The notes under the pieces were generated by a model. The model was not told where the DNA came from, made no database searches, and saw only the letters and a list, made by a program, of their open reading frames with translations. From a virus (taxonomy: Duplodnaviria > Caudoviricetes), in the IMG/VR virus record IMGVR_UViG_3300035522_000179, positions 160,001 to 224,000 of that record: DNA of 64,000 bases, one strand, 5' to 3'. This document shows, one piece after another, positions 1 through 9,211 of the stretch. The position numbers were made by a program, and so were the translations under genes. Each line of letters begins with the position of its first letter. Position 1 is the stretch's first letter.

Positions 1-1533
1 TAAGGAATACAGATCTTCAATCTTTGTTAAGATTCCCATCTCGTAAAGCTCGTCTACCGTCGCATAAGAGATATCCTGAATCCGAAGTTTCACAAGATAA
101 TTTAGTATCTTACCCTTCCTTCTGCAATCACAATCTGGATTGGTACAGAATAAGAATGCACCTTTTCTTTCCAGTTTCTCTCCACAGCTAGGGCACTTCT
201 CTTTCGGACGAATCATCTTATTGAGACTCCTGTGTTCTTCACACTCATTATCCAAAGTAGCATACGGAATGATATCATAAAGAATCTTAATCTTATCTCC
301 CTTTGCTAACTTCAAATACTCCAATCTGTCAATACTACTAAGAGACGCAGAGTTGATCGTATTTCCTTTTAACTTCACCGGTTTTACTTTTACCACTGGA
401 GTAATTCTCCCAAGAAGTCCTACCTGAAACTCTACATCTTCTACTTCTGTATACGCATACTCTTCCGTAAACTTATAAGCAACCTCAAAACGATTTTTGT
501 CGTTTGCTCTTCCTAAGATCTTTTGTATTTCCGGATCGATGATATGAATCACTGCTCCATCACAACGAAGCCCTCTGGTAAACCGATGCTCTTGCGCGAA
601 TGCTTCGATGGCATCAAATGCTCCAAGCTTACAACGAATATACGGACTATCAAATACCTGAGGGCAGAGACTTTCAATCTCTTCTCCTTCCTTCATATAA
701 CGAAGCTGAACGATCACAAGATAGTTATTTCTTTCATCCGGTTTATCCGAATTTAAGATTCCGGAAACGATTGCTCTAGACTGCTTGTAATCTTTTTCAT
801 ACATCTTGTTGTATTCAATCACAGAAGACTCTAACATCATTACTTCTGTCTTAAGACCATACGGAACGTTTTCCTCAATTGGTCTTGTTAATCCTTTGAA
901 ATGTCTGGTGATGTTTTCTGCAGTGTTTAATTTGGTATATCCTCTAGTAAGTGCTTTCTCAATCTTACCATCTTTATCAAACTCAAAGATCACAGAACAT
1001 CCATCCCACTTCGGGAACACATAACATTCCACTTCTTTGAAATCCAAATGTCTTCCCGTTCTTTCCAGATACAATTTCTCGGTAGATTCAATCCAGGATT
1101 CCAAAGATCTTCTGGACTTTGCAGCCTTCTCTTTCGGCTGAGCAAGATAATGAATCTTAGAAAGAGTTCCTCTTAATACCGGATACTTATGATAATCCAC
1201 ATTATCATTTGTTTCATCTTCCAATATAGGAAGTGATACAAATTCTTCTTTCCCATTTAACACAATTAACTCATAGAGCTTATCGTATTCCGTATCCGAC
1301 ATTCCTGTCTCAGATGAGCTATAGGTGTAAATGTAATATGCAATATAGATTGCATCTGCTAAGGTCTGCAATGTGGAATCTTCTAATGCAACTACTCCTT
1401 CATCAAACTGAGAAACCATGTCATGAATAAAATCCTGACTATCTAGTCTTCTCATAAATTTCGAAGCATCTTGTGGCGTAAGGATTCCAGATTCTAACCC
1501 CTCTTTTATCGATGTGAAATCTGCATTTGCCAT
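1..1533 (-). CDS. ligA: NAD-dependent DNA ligase (runs off the left edge; missing from the ORF track)
   Basis: Manual translation from ATG at 1533 (SD AGGAGG): MANADF...SDTEYDKLY...FPKWDGCSV (KxDG adenylation motif)...ALTRG...GRITPV and a C4 zinc finger CPSCG...CTNPDC. Confidence 0.93.
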   Translation of the reverse strand, partial: MANADFTSIKEGLESGILTPQDASKFMRRLDSQDFIHDMVSQFDEGVVALEDSTLQTLADAIYIAYYIYTYSSSETGMSDTEYDKLYELIVLNGKEEFVSLPILEDETNDNVDYHKYPVLRGTLSKIHYLAQPKEKAAKSRRSLESWIESTEKLYLERTGRHLDFKEVECYVFPKWDGCSVIFEFDKDGKIEKALTRGYTKLNTAENITRHFKGLTRPIEENVPYGLKTEVMMLESSVIEYNKMYEKDYKQSRAIVSGILNSDKPDERNNYLVIVQLRYMKEGEEIESLCPQVFDSPYIRCKLGAFDAIEAFAQEHRFTRGLRCDGAVIHIIDPEIQKILGRANDKNRFEVAYKFTEEYAYTEVEDVEFQVGLLGRITPVVKVKPVKLKGNTINSASLSSIDRLEYLKLAKGDKIKILYDIIPYATLDNECEEHRSLNKMIRPKEKCPSCGEKLERKGAFLFCTNPDCDCRRKGKILNYLVKLRIQDISYATVDELYEMGILTKIEDLYSL

Positions 1534-1633
1534 TTCTTTCCCTCCTTTTAATCTAAGTAAATAATATATTCTTAAAATGAAATACATAAAAAATTAGTTG
1601 GATTCCATAAAAATACGGAATCCAACTAAAAAA

Positions 1634-2380
1634 TTATTCGTCGCTTGATTTACGATATTTTATTTCTCCATTATATCCATACAGTTGTAGGTTCTTTAAG
1701 ATGATTGCAGCGGTAGAAGGACTTTGTTGTTTTCCAATCTCCAACGTATAAAGCCCATCACTTGCTTTGATATACATATCATCCATACTAAAATTCTTAT
1801 CTCTTAGATCAGACCTAAGCTGTATGATTTCGGATTTACTTGTAGAGGATTTTACTCTCACATAGTAATACTTATTATTTCCACCGGCTTGCCATTCTGG
1901 GTTTCCTTTTCTGGTTCTCTCGATCTCACGAATGATTTTATTGAAATCATAAACGGTAAAATTCGTAAGTTCATCATACTTCCAAAAGCTAAACAAATCT
2001 TCCGTGGTTTTAATCTTTCCAGCAGGAACTCTTCGGTACAAATTGGAATGAGGTTTATCCGTAACATACTCTTCTGAATAACCTCTCTTTAAAATTTCCA
2101 TTTGTGCAATGATACAGTTTTCAATGGAATCAAAACCTTCCATAAAGGTTCCTTCTTCTTGTAAACCGATTCCAACCAGATTATTATCCATAATGCGGTT
2201 GTTGAAATAATTTGTATAAATCAAAGACATTGCATAAGCAACATCTACTTTGATATTAAACTCCACTGCATAAGTGATATATAAATTCAGGATGTCTTCC
2301 TGATAAAAATTATTTGTTTGTGAATACTTGACCAACTGGTATTCTGTAGCAGAACTTGGTCCAATAATCGATATACTCAT
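1634..2380 (-). CDS. GH73/glucosaminidase-like domain plus C-terminal SPOR-like domain; catalytic site looks degenerate
   Basis: IIGPSSAT..QL, DVAYAMSLIYTNYF, NNLVGIG and F.SIENCIIAQ fit the glucosaminidase pattern. The C-terminal YYVRV...GLYTLEIG...LQLYGYNGEI is SPOR-like. Start reassigned to ATG 2380 (SD GAAAGGAAG). Confidence 0.6.
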   Translation of the reverse strand: MSISIIGPSSATEYQLVKYSQTNNFYQEDILNLYITYAVEFNIKVDVAYAMSLIYTNYFNNRIMDNNLVGIGLQEEGTFMEGFDSIENCIIAQMEILKRGYSEEYVTDKPHSNLYRRVPAGKIKTTEDLFSFWKYDELTNFTVYDFNKIIREIERTRKGNPEWQAGGNNKYYYVRVKSSTSKSEIIQLRSDLRDKNFSMDDMYIKASDGLYTLEIGKQQSPSTAAIILKNLQLYGYNGEIKYRKSSDE

Positions 2381-2503
2381 ACAGGCATTCTTCCTTTCAT
2401 GTTGATTAAAAAAATGTTTTTTCACTGTTTAAATACAAAAAAAGAAGAGGCTGAAAATCAACCCCTCCTTTCTTTTGCTTGCTTCAAGAGCTAGCACGGA
2501 TCA

Positions 2504-2788
2504 TCACTCAGCAAACTCGTCATCACCGATAACCTGGTTTGCAAGGTCCTGCATCTTCTTCTCCTCCTCCTTCCTCTTCTTGCACTCATCATTGGCTAAT
2601 CTCACCTGATGGCGGAATGCTTCAATGCAAGACCAGAAGAAGATGGAGCCAGCAGCAGTTAAAGCCAAGTCGAAGACCAAATGCCGATCACGAAAAGCCC
2701 TAACGCCAGACTTGTTAGCTGCAGAGCGCGCATTTGTTACATCACAAAGCTCACGATAATCCTTTACAAAATCCTTCATCTTACTCAT
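2504..2788 (-). CDS. small protein with one hydrophobic segment, early class
   Basis: SD GGAGG before ATG 2788; hydrophobic LALTAAGSIFFWSC; structured leader of about 130 nt; own terminator at about 2440-2475. Confidence 0.7.
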   Translation of the reverse strand: MSKMKDFVKDYRELCDVTNARSAANKSGVRAFRDRHLVFDLALTAAGSIFFWSCIEAFRHQVRLANDECKKRKEEEKKMQDLANQVIGDDEFAE

Positions 2789-3013
2789 AATCATTTCCCT
2801 CCATGATTGAATAAATTCCAGAATCGTTCGTAAACCTACTAGATATTCTGGTTGGTATGTAATATGAAATTTCATTCTGAATAATATAACTTTCTCAAGG
2901 CTATATTTATTCGAATTCACAATAATGATATATCAATGATAAAAATGACTTTACGCCTATTTTAAATCAAAAAAAAACAATTCTTTAATATTGATACTGT
3001 GAGGGATTATACT

Positions 3014-4117
3014 ATGGACCAAGAAAAAATTTACGAAATGTTGGAGTCTTGTAAATCGTTAAAAGAAGCAAGAGAACTTGCTTCGAAAGTAAAGAAACTC
3101 GCAAGTAAATATGATGCGAATTTTTATTTTGTTACAGATGGCGCTTCCTGTACATCCAATAAAGGAAATGAAGCAGTAAAGGTTGCCAGAGATGCTGTAG
3201 CAAAATGGGAAAAAGATCACGGATTTGACGATAAAGAAGACTGGAGTAAAAATCCAGATGACTTCTCAAATTATCGTTTGAAAAAAGAATCAGAAAACTT
3301 AGGAGGTCTTGAGATGTCGTACTTATACGATGATGATTACGATCTTTATGAAGAAGATGTGAAGAAAACAATTGGTCAGACCTATGTTAAAGGAAAAGAG
3401 ACAGTTTCTAAAGTAAAAAGTAATGTTAAAGATGGATATGAGAATGTAAAGAACTCCCCTGCTGGTGTGGTTGTAAAACCGATAGCATCTGCCGGAAAAG
3501 GAATTTCAAGAGCTCAGATGGGTGCTAGATATGGTGTAGGAAAAGTAGCGGCTACTGTTGCAACTCCCATTGTAAAAGCTCAAGTGGAGAAGGATGTAAA
3601 AAGTGGAAAAATTTTGGAAGATGACAAGTATGAAGAGCTGAAGAAAAAACTGCAGATTGTCGCTGATTCTGCTTTTATTGCAGCTACTGCATTTGAGCAG
3701 TTTTTGATTCCCGGACCTTTAAATCCTATTTTGTATACCATGGATGCGATTGCTAGATCTTACATTAAATCTCCGGAAGAAAAAGATAAAAATATGAAGA
3801 ATTGTGTAACTGCATATTTCGCACTTTTCGCTACTATTAAAAAAGCACTTGAAAAAATTAAAAAGACGAAAGAGCTTCCGTCTCAGGAACAAAGAATGAC
3901 ATGGATTCAGAAATTGGATAAGACTTTAATGACTTGGGCAAATCGTGGAAATGATAAACCGGTTCAGTTTAAGCCAATGAAAGGACCTGAATACAAGAAA
4001 GCGACTTTCAAAAAGAGTGCTCCAGAAGAAGTAAAAGAAGCTGCTATGGTAGAAGTCTATGAAAGTGGTTATATTTCAAAAGAAGAGAAACTTTATCTGT
4101 TAGAATCCCTTCGATAA
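3014..4117 (+). CDS. putative internal head protein (modular, possible internal start at 3314)
   Basis: AACA-N6-TA promoter at 2976; C-terminal VYESGYISKEEKLYLLES motif shared with proteins near the prohead protease; several xES/xEA sites. Confidence 0.55.
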   Translation: MDQEKIYEMLESCKSLKEARELASKVKKLASKYDANFYFVTDGASCTSNKGNEAVKVARDAVAKWEKDHGFDDKEDWSKNPDDFSNYRLKKESENLGGLEMSYLYDDDYDLYEEDVKKTIGQTYVKGKETVSKVKSNVKDGYENVKNSPAGVVVKPIASAGKGISRAQMGARYGVGKVAATVATPIVKAQVEKDVKSGKILEDDKYEELKKKLQIVADSAFIAATAFEQFLIPGPLNPILYTMDAIARSYIKSPEEKDKNMKNCVTAYFALFATIKKALEKIKKTKELPSQEQRMTWIQKLDKTLMTWANRGNDKPVQFKPMKGPEYKKATFKKSAPEEVKEAAMVEVYESGYISKEEKLYLLESLR

Positions 4118-4119
4118 AT

Positions 4120-4155
4120 AATGAGACTAGTTGGAAATATCCAACTAGTCTCATT
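4120..4155. terminator. bidirectional terminator
   Basis: Perfect 16-bp inverted repeat between convergent genes. Confidence 0.85.
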
Positions 4156-4161
4156 TTATTT

Positions 4162-5169
4162 TTACACTACATGGAGTGCGGTTTTGTAGGACTTGCCTTT
4201 TGCAGTCCATTCTTTATCCGGATTTTTTAATTTTACGATATTACTCTGATACAAAGCAGTTGCTTTCGCCATTCCATTTCCAAAGACAGGTGTCTTTCCG
4301 GAATCTGCTTCAATGCTTCCAGTATAATATCCCATGGTTTTCATCAGTCTCTCAAGAGCAGTAACCGACTTGTGACTCTTATTCTTGGAAGTGCTGATGG
4401 TGACTGTTTTTTCCAGTACCTCTTTTGCAGTTCCATTGGGAAGTCCAAGAAGACTTGCCATCTCTTTGTAGAAACCAGTCGATACATAATCCGTAGCAGT
4501 TTCTTTCTCTTCAGTTGTCTTTATAGCAACGGTAGCAGTCTCCAAAGCTTTTGCTTCGATATCGACATACCACTCATTCAAATCTACCACACCGGAAATT
4601 CCGTTTACGACACCAGAAGAAGACCACTGCCATCCATAAATCGTTTTGTTAAGACTAGGACGCTTACTAGCGTCAGGATCTTTCTCATTATCTACTTTTG
4701 CACTTGAGGGGTACTTTGCAACCCAGAACGGGTAGTCCAGTTCACTCTCATACTGCTTCAAGTAAGAGTTGTAGAAGGAAATATAGGTGTAAACACCAAA
4801 TTCCAACCCAGCCGCTTTAATGACTTTTCCATACTCTTTGATTCCCTCAACCAACGTATGACCAAGGGTTCTAAGGGACTGATCCTCAATATCAATCCAT
4901 ACCATTGTCTTTCTTCCGTTCAAAATCTTAACAACTGCTTCTGCATCGGTTTTGAACTTCGCAACAGTGGTAGCATACGAATAGTTGTAAACACCTTGAA
5001 TAGGAACTCCCTGATTCGTGAATCCCTCCCAGTGAGTTTCAAACAACTTATCCGGGTTTAAGTCTTTACGAATAACCTTCAAGATAACAAAATCCACGTT
5101 ATCTTTTGCAGCCGCTTCGTAATCTTTTACTACGTTATAACAGCTTAAGTCAATACCTTTGTAGGTCAT
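4162..5169 (-). CDS. GH25 muramidase endolysin with C-terminal cell-wall-binding region
   Basis: KGIDLS, WIDIE, GVYT, WVAKY, WQWSS.G.V.GI...VDLN are GH25 motifs; PG-binding-like MGYYTG...FG..MAKA; directly downstream of a holin-like gene. Confidence 0.9.
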   Translation of the reverse strand: MTYKGIDLSCYNVVKDYEAAAKDNVDFVILKVIRKDLNPDKLFETHWEGFTNQGVPIQGVYNYSYATTVAKFKTDAEAVVKILNGRKTMVWIDIEDQSLRTLGHTLVEGIKEYGKVIKAAGLEFGVYTYISFYNSYLKQYESELDYPFWVAKYPSSAKVDNEKDPDASKRPSLNKTIYGWQWSSSGVVNGISGVVDLNEWYVDIEAKALETATVAIKTTEEKETATDYVSTGFYKEMASLLGLPNGTAKEVLEKTVTISTSKNKSHKSVTALERLMKTMGYYTGSIEADSGKTPVFGNGMAKATALYQSNIVKLKNPDKEWTAKGKSYKTALHVV

Positions 5170-5173
5170 AATC

Positions 5174-5560
5174 TTACTCCTCCGTAGTCTCTTCTGTCTC
5201 TGTACTCGTTACGGAATTATTAATCTTTCCATCATCCAGAAGATCCTTTACTGCAACAAACCACTTCTGAATAATAACTCGCAAGGTATCCTCACTTACA
5301 AAGACCTGAACATACTTGGGAAGAAGGGAATAGGCGGATGTAACAACCCAATCCATCTTCTTCACACCTGCTCCAGACTCAGTGAAAGACTTCTCTGCCT
5401 GAAGGAATAATTTATAAACATCCTCTCTGATGTCATTGATGGATTTGTTTCTAAGATACAGATACCCCAGAAGCAAAACAATCACAATCGCACCAACGAT
5501 GACGCCTACAACGGTAACATCTGTGTTTGTAGTAACGGTATCAATGATTGACTGAATCAT
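5174..5560 (-). CDS. holin-like membrane protein
   Basis: Single N-terminal TM segment, AEK....GAG..K motif typical of Firmicute phage holins, adjacent to the endolysin. Confidence 0.7.
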   Translation of the reverse strand: MIQSIIDTVTTNTDVTVVGVIVGAIVIVLLLGYLYLRNKSINDIREDVYKLFLQAEKSFTESGAGVKKMDWVVTSAYSLLPKYVQVFVSEDTLRVIIQKWFVAVKDLLDDGKINNSVTSTETEETTEE

Positions 5561-5696
5561 AATGATTACCTCCTTATAAAAATAAATTTATCCCTCTTGG
5601 GATTATGTAATTGTCTGAGATTTATCTTCTTAGATTTGATAGATTTGACCCCGAAAAACAATCTACTTAATATAGAAGAAAGGTGGAAACTAAGAG

Positions 5697-6674
5697 ATGA
5701 TAGGAACAAACTATGATTCTTCTGTTTTTATGGAAGCATCCATGTCAGACTCTTTTATATATGGACTATTTAATTCCTCCGGTGAAATTCAAAAAAGAAT
5801 TTTGCAGGCATTAAAAGAAGGAATTCCCCTTGGAGAAAGTTATATCGAAGAACAGCTTCTTCAGATGGAGAGAAGTCGTATTTCTCCATTACTGAGTAAA
5901 GTATTGGAAGCTTATAAAGACGGATACGTTCGTTTGGTGTATTGGAAGTCTACTACCCAAAAGATGACGAAGTCCATTCCGTTTGTACTTCACAAATCTC
6001 AAAATGGACCTGTGGTAAGTATCTTTATCAGTTCTTTTGGAAAATTGACTGCTGACGAAACCAGATTAAATATTGATATGAAGACGCTTTATATCTTAAT
6101 GGAAGCTGGATTCGTTGCTTTGAATCTACAGATTCGACCAAATGTATTTAAAAGAAATACCACGATCATGCGTTGTTGTAATGAAGTGTACACGAATATG
6201 TTCATGCGAGTTTTAAACCGAGACTATGCATTGTCTTTGGACACTGCGCTTCATGATAAAGTATCCTTTACCATATCCAAATTCTTCTTGGATAATATCT
6301 GGGAACTTGGAAATTCAGATATGTCAACAAACTATGCATTGCAGACAACAACTGAAAAGAATCTACAGAGTTTGGATTTAACGTTGGCAGATTATCAGAA
6401 TGCAAAAGCTACGACCGTGGAAGAACTCTTTGGTGTATTAAAACAGATCTCTCCTAGAATGCAATCTCTTACGGTGCGGTATTTTGTAGAGAGATTCTTA
6501 AATACGTATGGTGGATCTTCCATTCTTGCAATTGATTATTTACCTTATGTATTTTTTATGATTCAGAATACCCTTGCTGGTGGATTCTTAGTAAGTCAGA
6601 CAACCTTGTCCGATATTGTAAAGAATACGAAAGACATAAGAAAGTTCTATCCAGAACTTTCCAAATCTGTTTAA
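5697..6674 (+). CDS. hypothetical, probable virion protein
   Basis: 325-aa ORF with SD AAGGTGG and an AACA-type promoter variant; heads the fibre gene cluster. Confidence 0.6.
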   Translation: MIGTNYDSSVFMEASMSDSFIYGLFNSSGEIQKRILQALKEGIPLGESYIEEQLLQMERSRISPLLSKVLEAYKDGYVRLVYWKSTTQKMTKSIPFVLHKSQNGPVVSIFISSFGKLTADETRLNIDMKTLYILMEAGFVALNLQIRPNVFKRNTTIMRCCNEVYTNMFMRVLNRDYALSLDTALHDKVSFTISKFFLDNIWELGNSDMSTNYALQTTTEKNLQSLDLTLADYQNAKATTVEELFGVLKQISPRMQSLTVRYFVERFLNTYGGSSILAIDYLPYVFFMIQNTLAGGFLVSQTTLSDIVKNTKDIRKFYPELSKSV

Positions 6675-6691
6675 GAAAGGAATAAGAGAAA

Positions 6692-7357
6692 ATGAAAAAT
6701 TTGTTATCCGGTTTTTTATTAACTCGTGATAAAAATACAGAAACCTTAAAACCGATGGTTTTAAGAGTACTTGCACGTTGTGTTTATTTCCCAGATGGAA
6801 ATACACTTCTTGATAAATGGAACGAATATGTTTCCGCTGGGGTTACGGTTGTTCACAGTTCCGAAGTTGCTTCCTACGATAGCAATTCTTATAATTGGTC
6901 ATGTCTTACTTATGGAAGTGAGAAGTACCAACTGAGTGGACATTTCCGCCCGAGTATTGCAAATCAATATAAGGAAATCACAAATCCAGCTGCAGAGCAT
7001 GGAAGTAGTATTTCCATTACGAAAACCAATTCGGATGGATCCACTACACAAGAAGAGATTCCTTATGGAACGACTGGTGAAATTCATCAGTATCAATTCG
7101 TTCTTCCTCTTCCTTCCAAATTTGCTAATGGGAAGAATTATGATTACGAAGATGCAACGGTGATTGTAACGGAAGGACCTGATTCCAACTTTATTAAAAA
7201 CCATACATTCCATAATGTAGCAGTAGAGCAAAAAGATGGATCTCTTTTAATCTGTGTAAATCATTACAATGGTTTGGATGGAATTGATCTTGATGCCCTT
7301 CCTTATATCACTGGAGATTTTAATGTCTATGTAGATGGACTGTTTTTAAATGTATAA
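6692..7357 (+). CDS. probable tail-fibre-associated protein
   Basis: N-terminal VLARCVYFPDGNTL resembles the fibre anchor motif; lies upstream of two fibre genes. Confidence 0.5.
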   Translation: MKNLLSGFLLTRDKNTETLKPMVLRVLARCVYFPDGNTLLDKWNEYVSAGVTVVHSSEVASYDSNSYNWSCLTYGSEKYQLSGHFRPSIANQYKEITNPAAEHGSSISITKTNSDGSTTQEEIPYGTTGEIHQYQFVLPLPSKFANGKNYDYEDATVIVTEGPDSNFIKNHTFHNVAVEQKDGSLLICVNHYNGLDGIDLDALPYITGDFNVYVDGLFLNV

Positions 7358-7363
7358 TACCTA

Positions 7364-7428
7364 GGATGTTTTGAAATGATGGGAACTACTGGAAAACCAG
7401 CCAAGCCCTCATTTCAAAACATTCTTTT
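7364..7428 (+). terminator. long branched hairpin followed by a T-tract, with a late promoter in its 3' arm
   Basis: GGATGTTTTGAAATGA pairs with TCATTTCAAAACATTC and encloses GGG/CCC and CTGG-AAAA-CCAG; AACA-TTCTTT-TA at 7418-7429. Confidence 0.6.
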
Positions 7429-7505
7429 AATGTGAAAACCATAAGAAATTCAAAATTATGGTACGAAATATATAGGAATTTATTCATAAGGAGGTCTTTA
7501 AAAAT

Positions 7506-9170
7506 ATGATTAAAACAACAAGACATCATATTGAAATGACTCAACTTGATTCCAAAGGGAATCAATATATCTTATATCCAAAAAATACATTAGATGATGT
7601 AAAAATGACTTCGAAGAGTGGGGAATCCATTCGCGGGAAAATTATATTTTATGGGGTATGTGATACAAGTGCTACTGAGAAAGGAAAGGTAGTAGATGGA
7701 GTTGAAGGATTTACTTTAACTTCCGGTCAGCATATCACCGTAGCATTCACTAATGAGATCTCAGTAGATGGGGTTAGTCTGAATGTGAACTCTCTGGGAG
7801 CAAAGCCGTTGTATCGAAATGGTGCTCCTTTGGAAGCAAATATCATTCCTGCTGGTACTAATGTGGAATTAGTATATGATGGTGAGAATTTCAATATCGT
7901 TGGTGGAACTAGCATTGATGCATCCGATATAAAAACTGGTATTTTAAGCAGTGATAGATTAGAAACAAGCGGGGTTACGGCTGGAACTTATGGTCCTAAT
8001 AAAAATTCATCACTTTACTCGAGAGCAACGTTTTTAGTTCCAAAAATAACAGTAGATGAATATGGGAGAATTGTATCATCAGAAAATATTAAGTTCACGT
8101 TTCCTCCTATAACAGATAGCAATGTGTCAACAGAAACTGAATCGACCGAAATTTTCTATATTGCTGGAACTACTGATAAAGAAGGGGAGACTGGAACTCT
8201 TAAAATTCATCCAGATATTTATATAGATTCAAAATGGAGTTTGTTGACTGCTAAAAATATGTATGTAAGAAATACACTTGAATTCGGGTTAGATGGAAGC
8301 GATAATGATGATTATATGGAAGGGTCTATTTCTGCATCGCAATATACTGGTAATGCAAACACATCATCTAGAACTGGAAGCATAACTGATCATATCGTCG
8401 ACAGTTGTGATTTCGATGATGCGTATGGAAGATCAGAAAAAGCTCTATCAGCTAATCAAGGGTATTACCTGCTTAATAAATTAGATACAACATTTTCTAA
8501 TCTGGATGATCGAATCGATACTGTAAAGGATACCGTGTCGGATTTGGAATCCAACTATGGGAATTTAGATACATCTGTCAATGAAATAAGTGATGGTTTA
8601 TATAAATCTGAGGAACTGATACCAAATCTTATCAGTATAGCAGGAATATACCCCAAAGCATATTTATCAGAAAACTCATCATATACTGATTATAAGCACG
8701 TATATAACAATTTATTTGGGCTATCTCATCTGATGATGTATGATTACCCAGAATATTTTAATCTTGAAACCTATAGTGGACTTGTTATTGGAGAAAAAGG
8801 ATCATCAATATCAATTACCCTTCCTATAGATTATGATGAAGATACTGAATATATTTCGTCTATCAGGAAATCATCAGATACTAATACCTCTTATTCACCA
8901 TTTACTAACAAACTCGTGCACATTATCGAGAGTGGTAATGCAAAATTCGCATCTTATATAAATACAGAAAAATCTGGACTTTACCAAGATGATATAGTTA
9001 ACTCAATAAATTCTGATCTGGAGGATAACCAGATCACCTTTGACATAGAATTAAAAGAAAATAGTGGAATCGCACTAGGATATTTCTGTTACTATATATA
9101 TAGACAAAACAGTAATGTTTATCCTTATCCTCTAATGGTAAATCAATGGTTTGTAATTCTTTCAGTATAA
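7506..9170 (+). CDS. tail fibre / receptor-binding protein 1
   Basis: YPKNTLDDV anchor, SGVTAGTYG..VPKITVDEYGRI and ALSANQGY.L fibre motifs, coiled coil, divergent C-terminus. Confidence 0.75.
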   Translation: MIKTTRHHIEMTQLDSKGNQYILYPKNTLDDVKMTSKSGESIRGKIIFYGVCDTSATEKGKVVDGVEGFTLTSGQHITVAFTNEISVDGVSLNVNSLGAKPLYRNGAPLEANIIPAGTNVELVYDGENFNIVGGTSIDASDIKTGILSSDRLETSGVTAGTYGPNKNSSLYSRATFLVPKITVDEYGRIVSSENIKFTFPPITDSNVSTETESTEIFYIAGTTDKEGETGTLKIHPDIYIDSKWSLLTAKNMYVRNTLEFGLDGSDNDDYMEGSISASQYTGNANTSSRTGSITDHIVDSCDFDDAYGRSEKALSANQGYYLLNKLDTTFSNLDDRIDTVKDTVSDLESNYGNLDTSVNEISDGLYKSEELIPNLISIAGIYPKAYLSENSSYTDYKHVYNNLFGLSHLMMYDYPEYFNLETYSGLVIGEKGSSISITLPIDYDEDTEYISSIRKSSDTNTSYSPFTNKLVHIIESGNAKFASYINTEKSGLYQDDIVNSINSDLEDNQITFDIELKENSGIALGYFCYYIYRQNSNVYPYPLMVNQWFVILSV

Positions 9171-9211
9171 AATCTGTATTATATTAAAAAATCAAGGAGG
9201 TCTTTAAAAAT

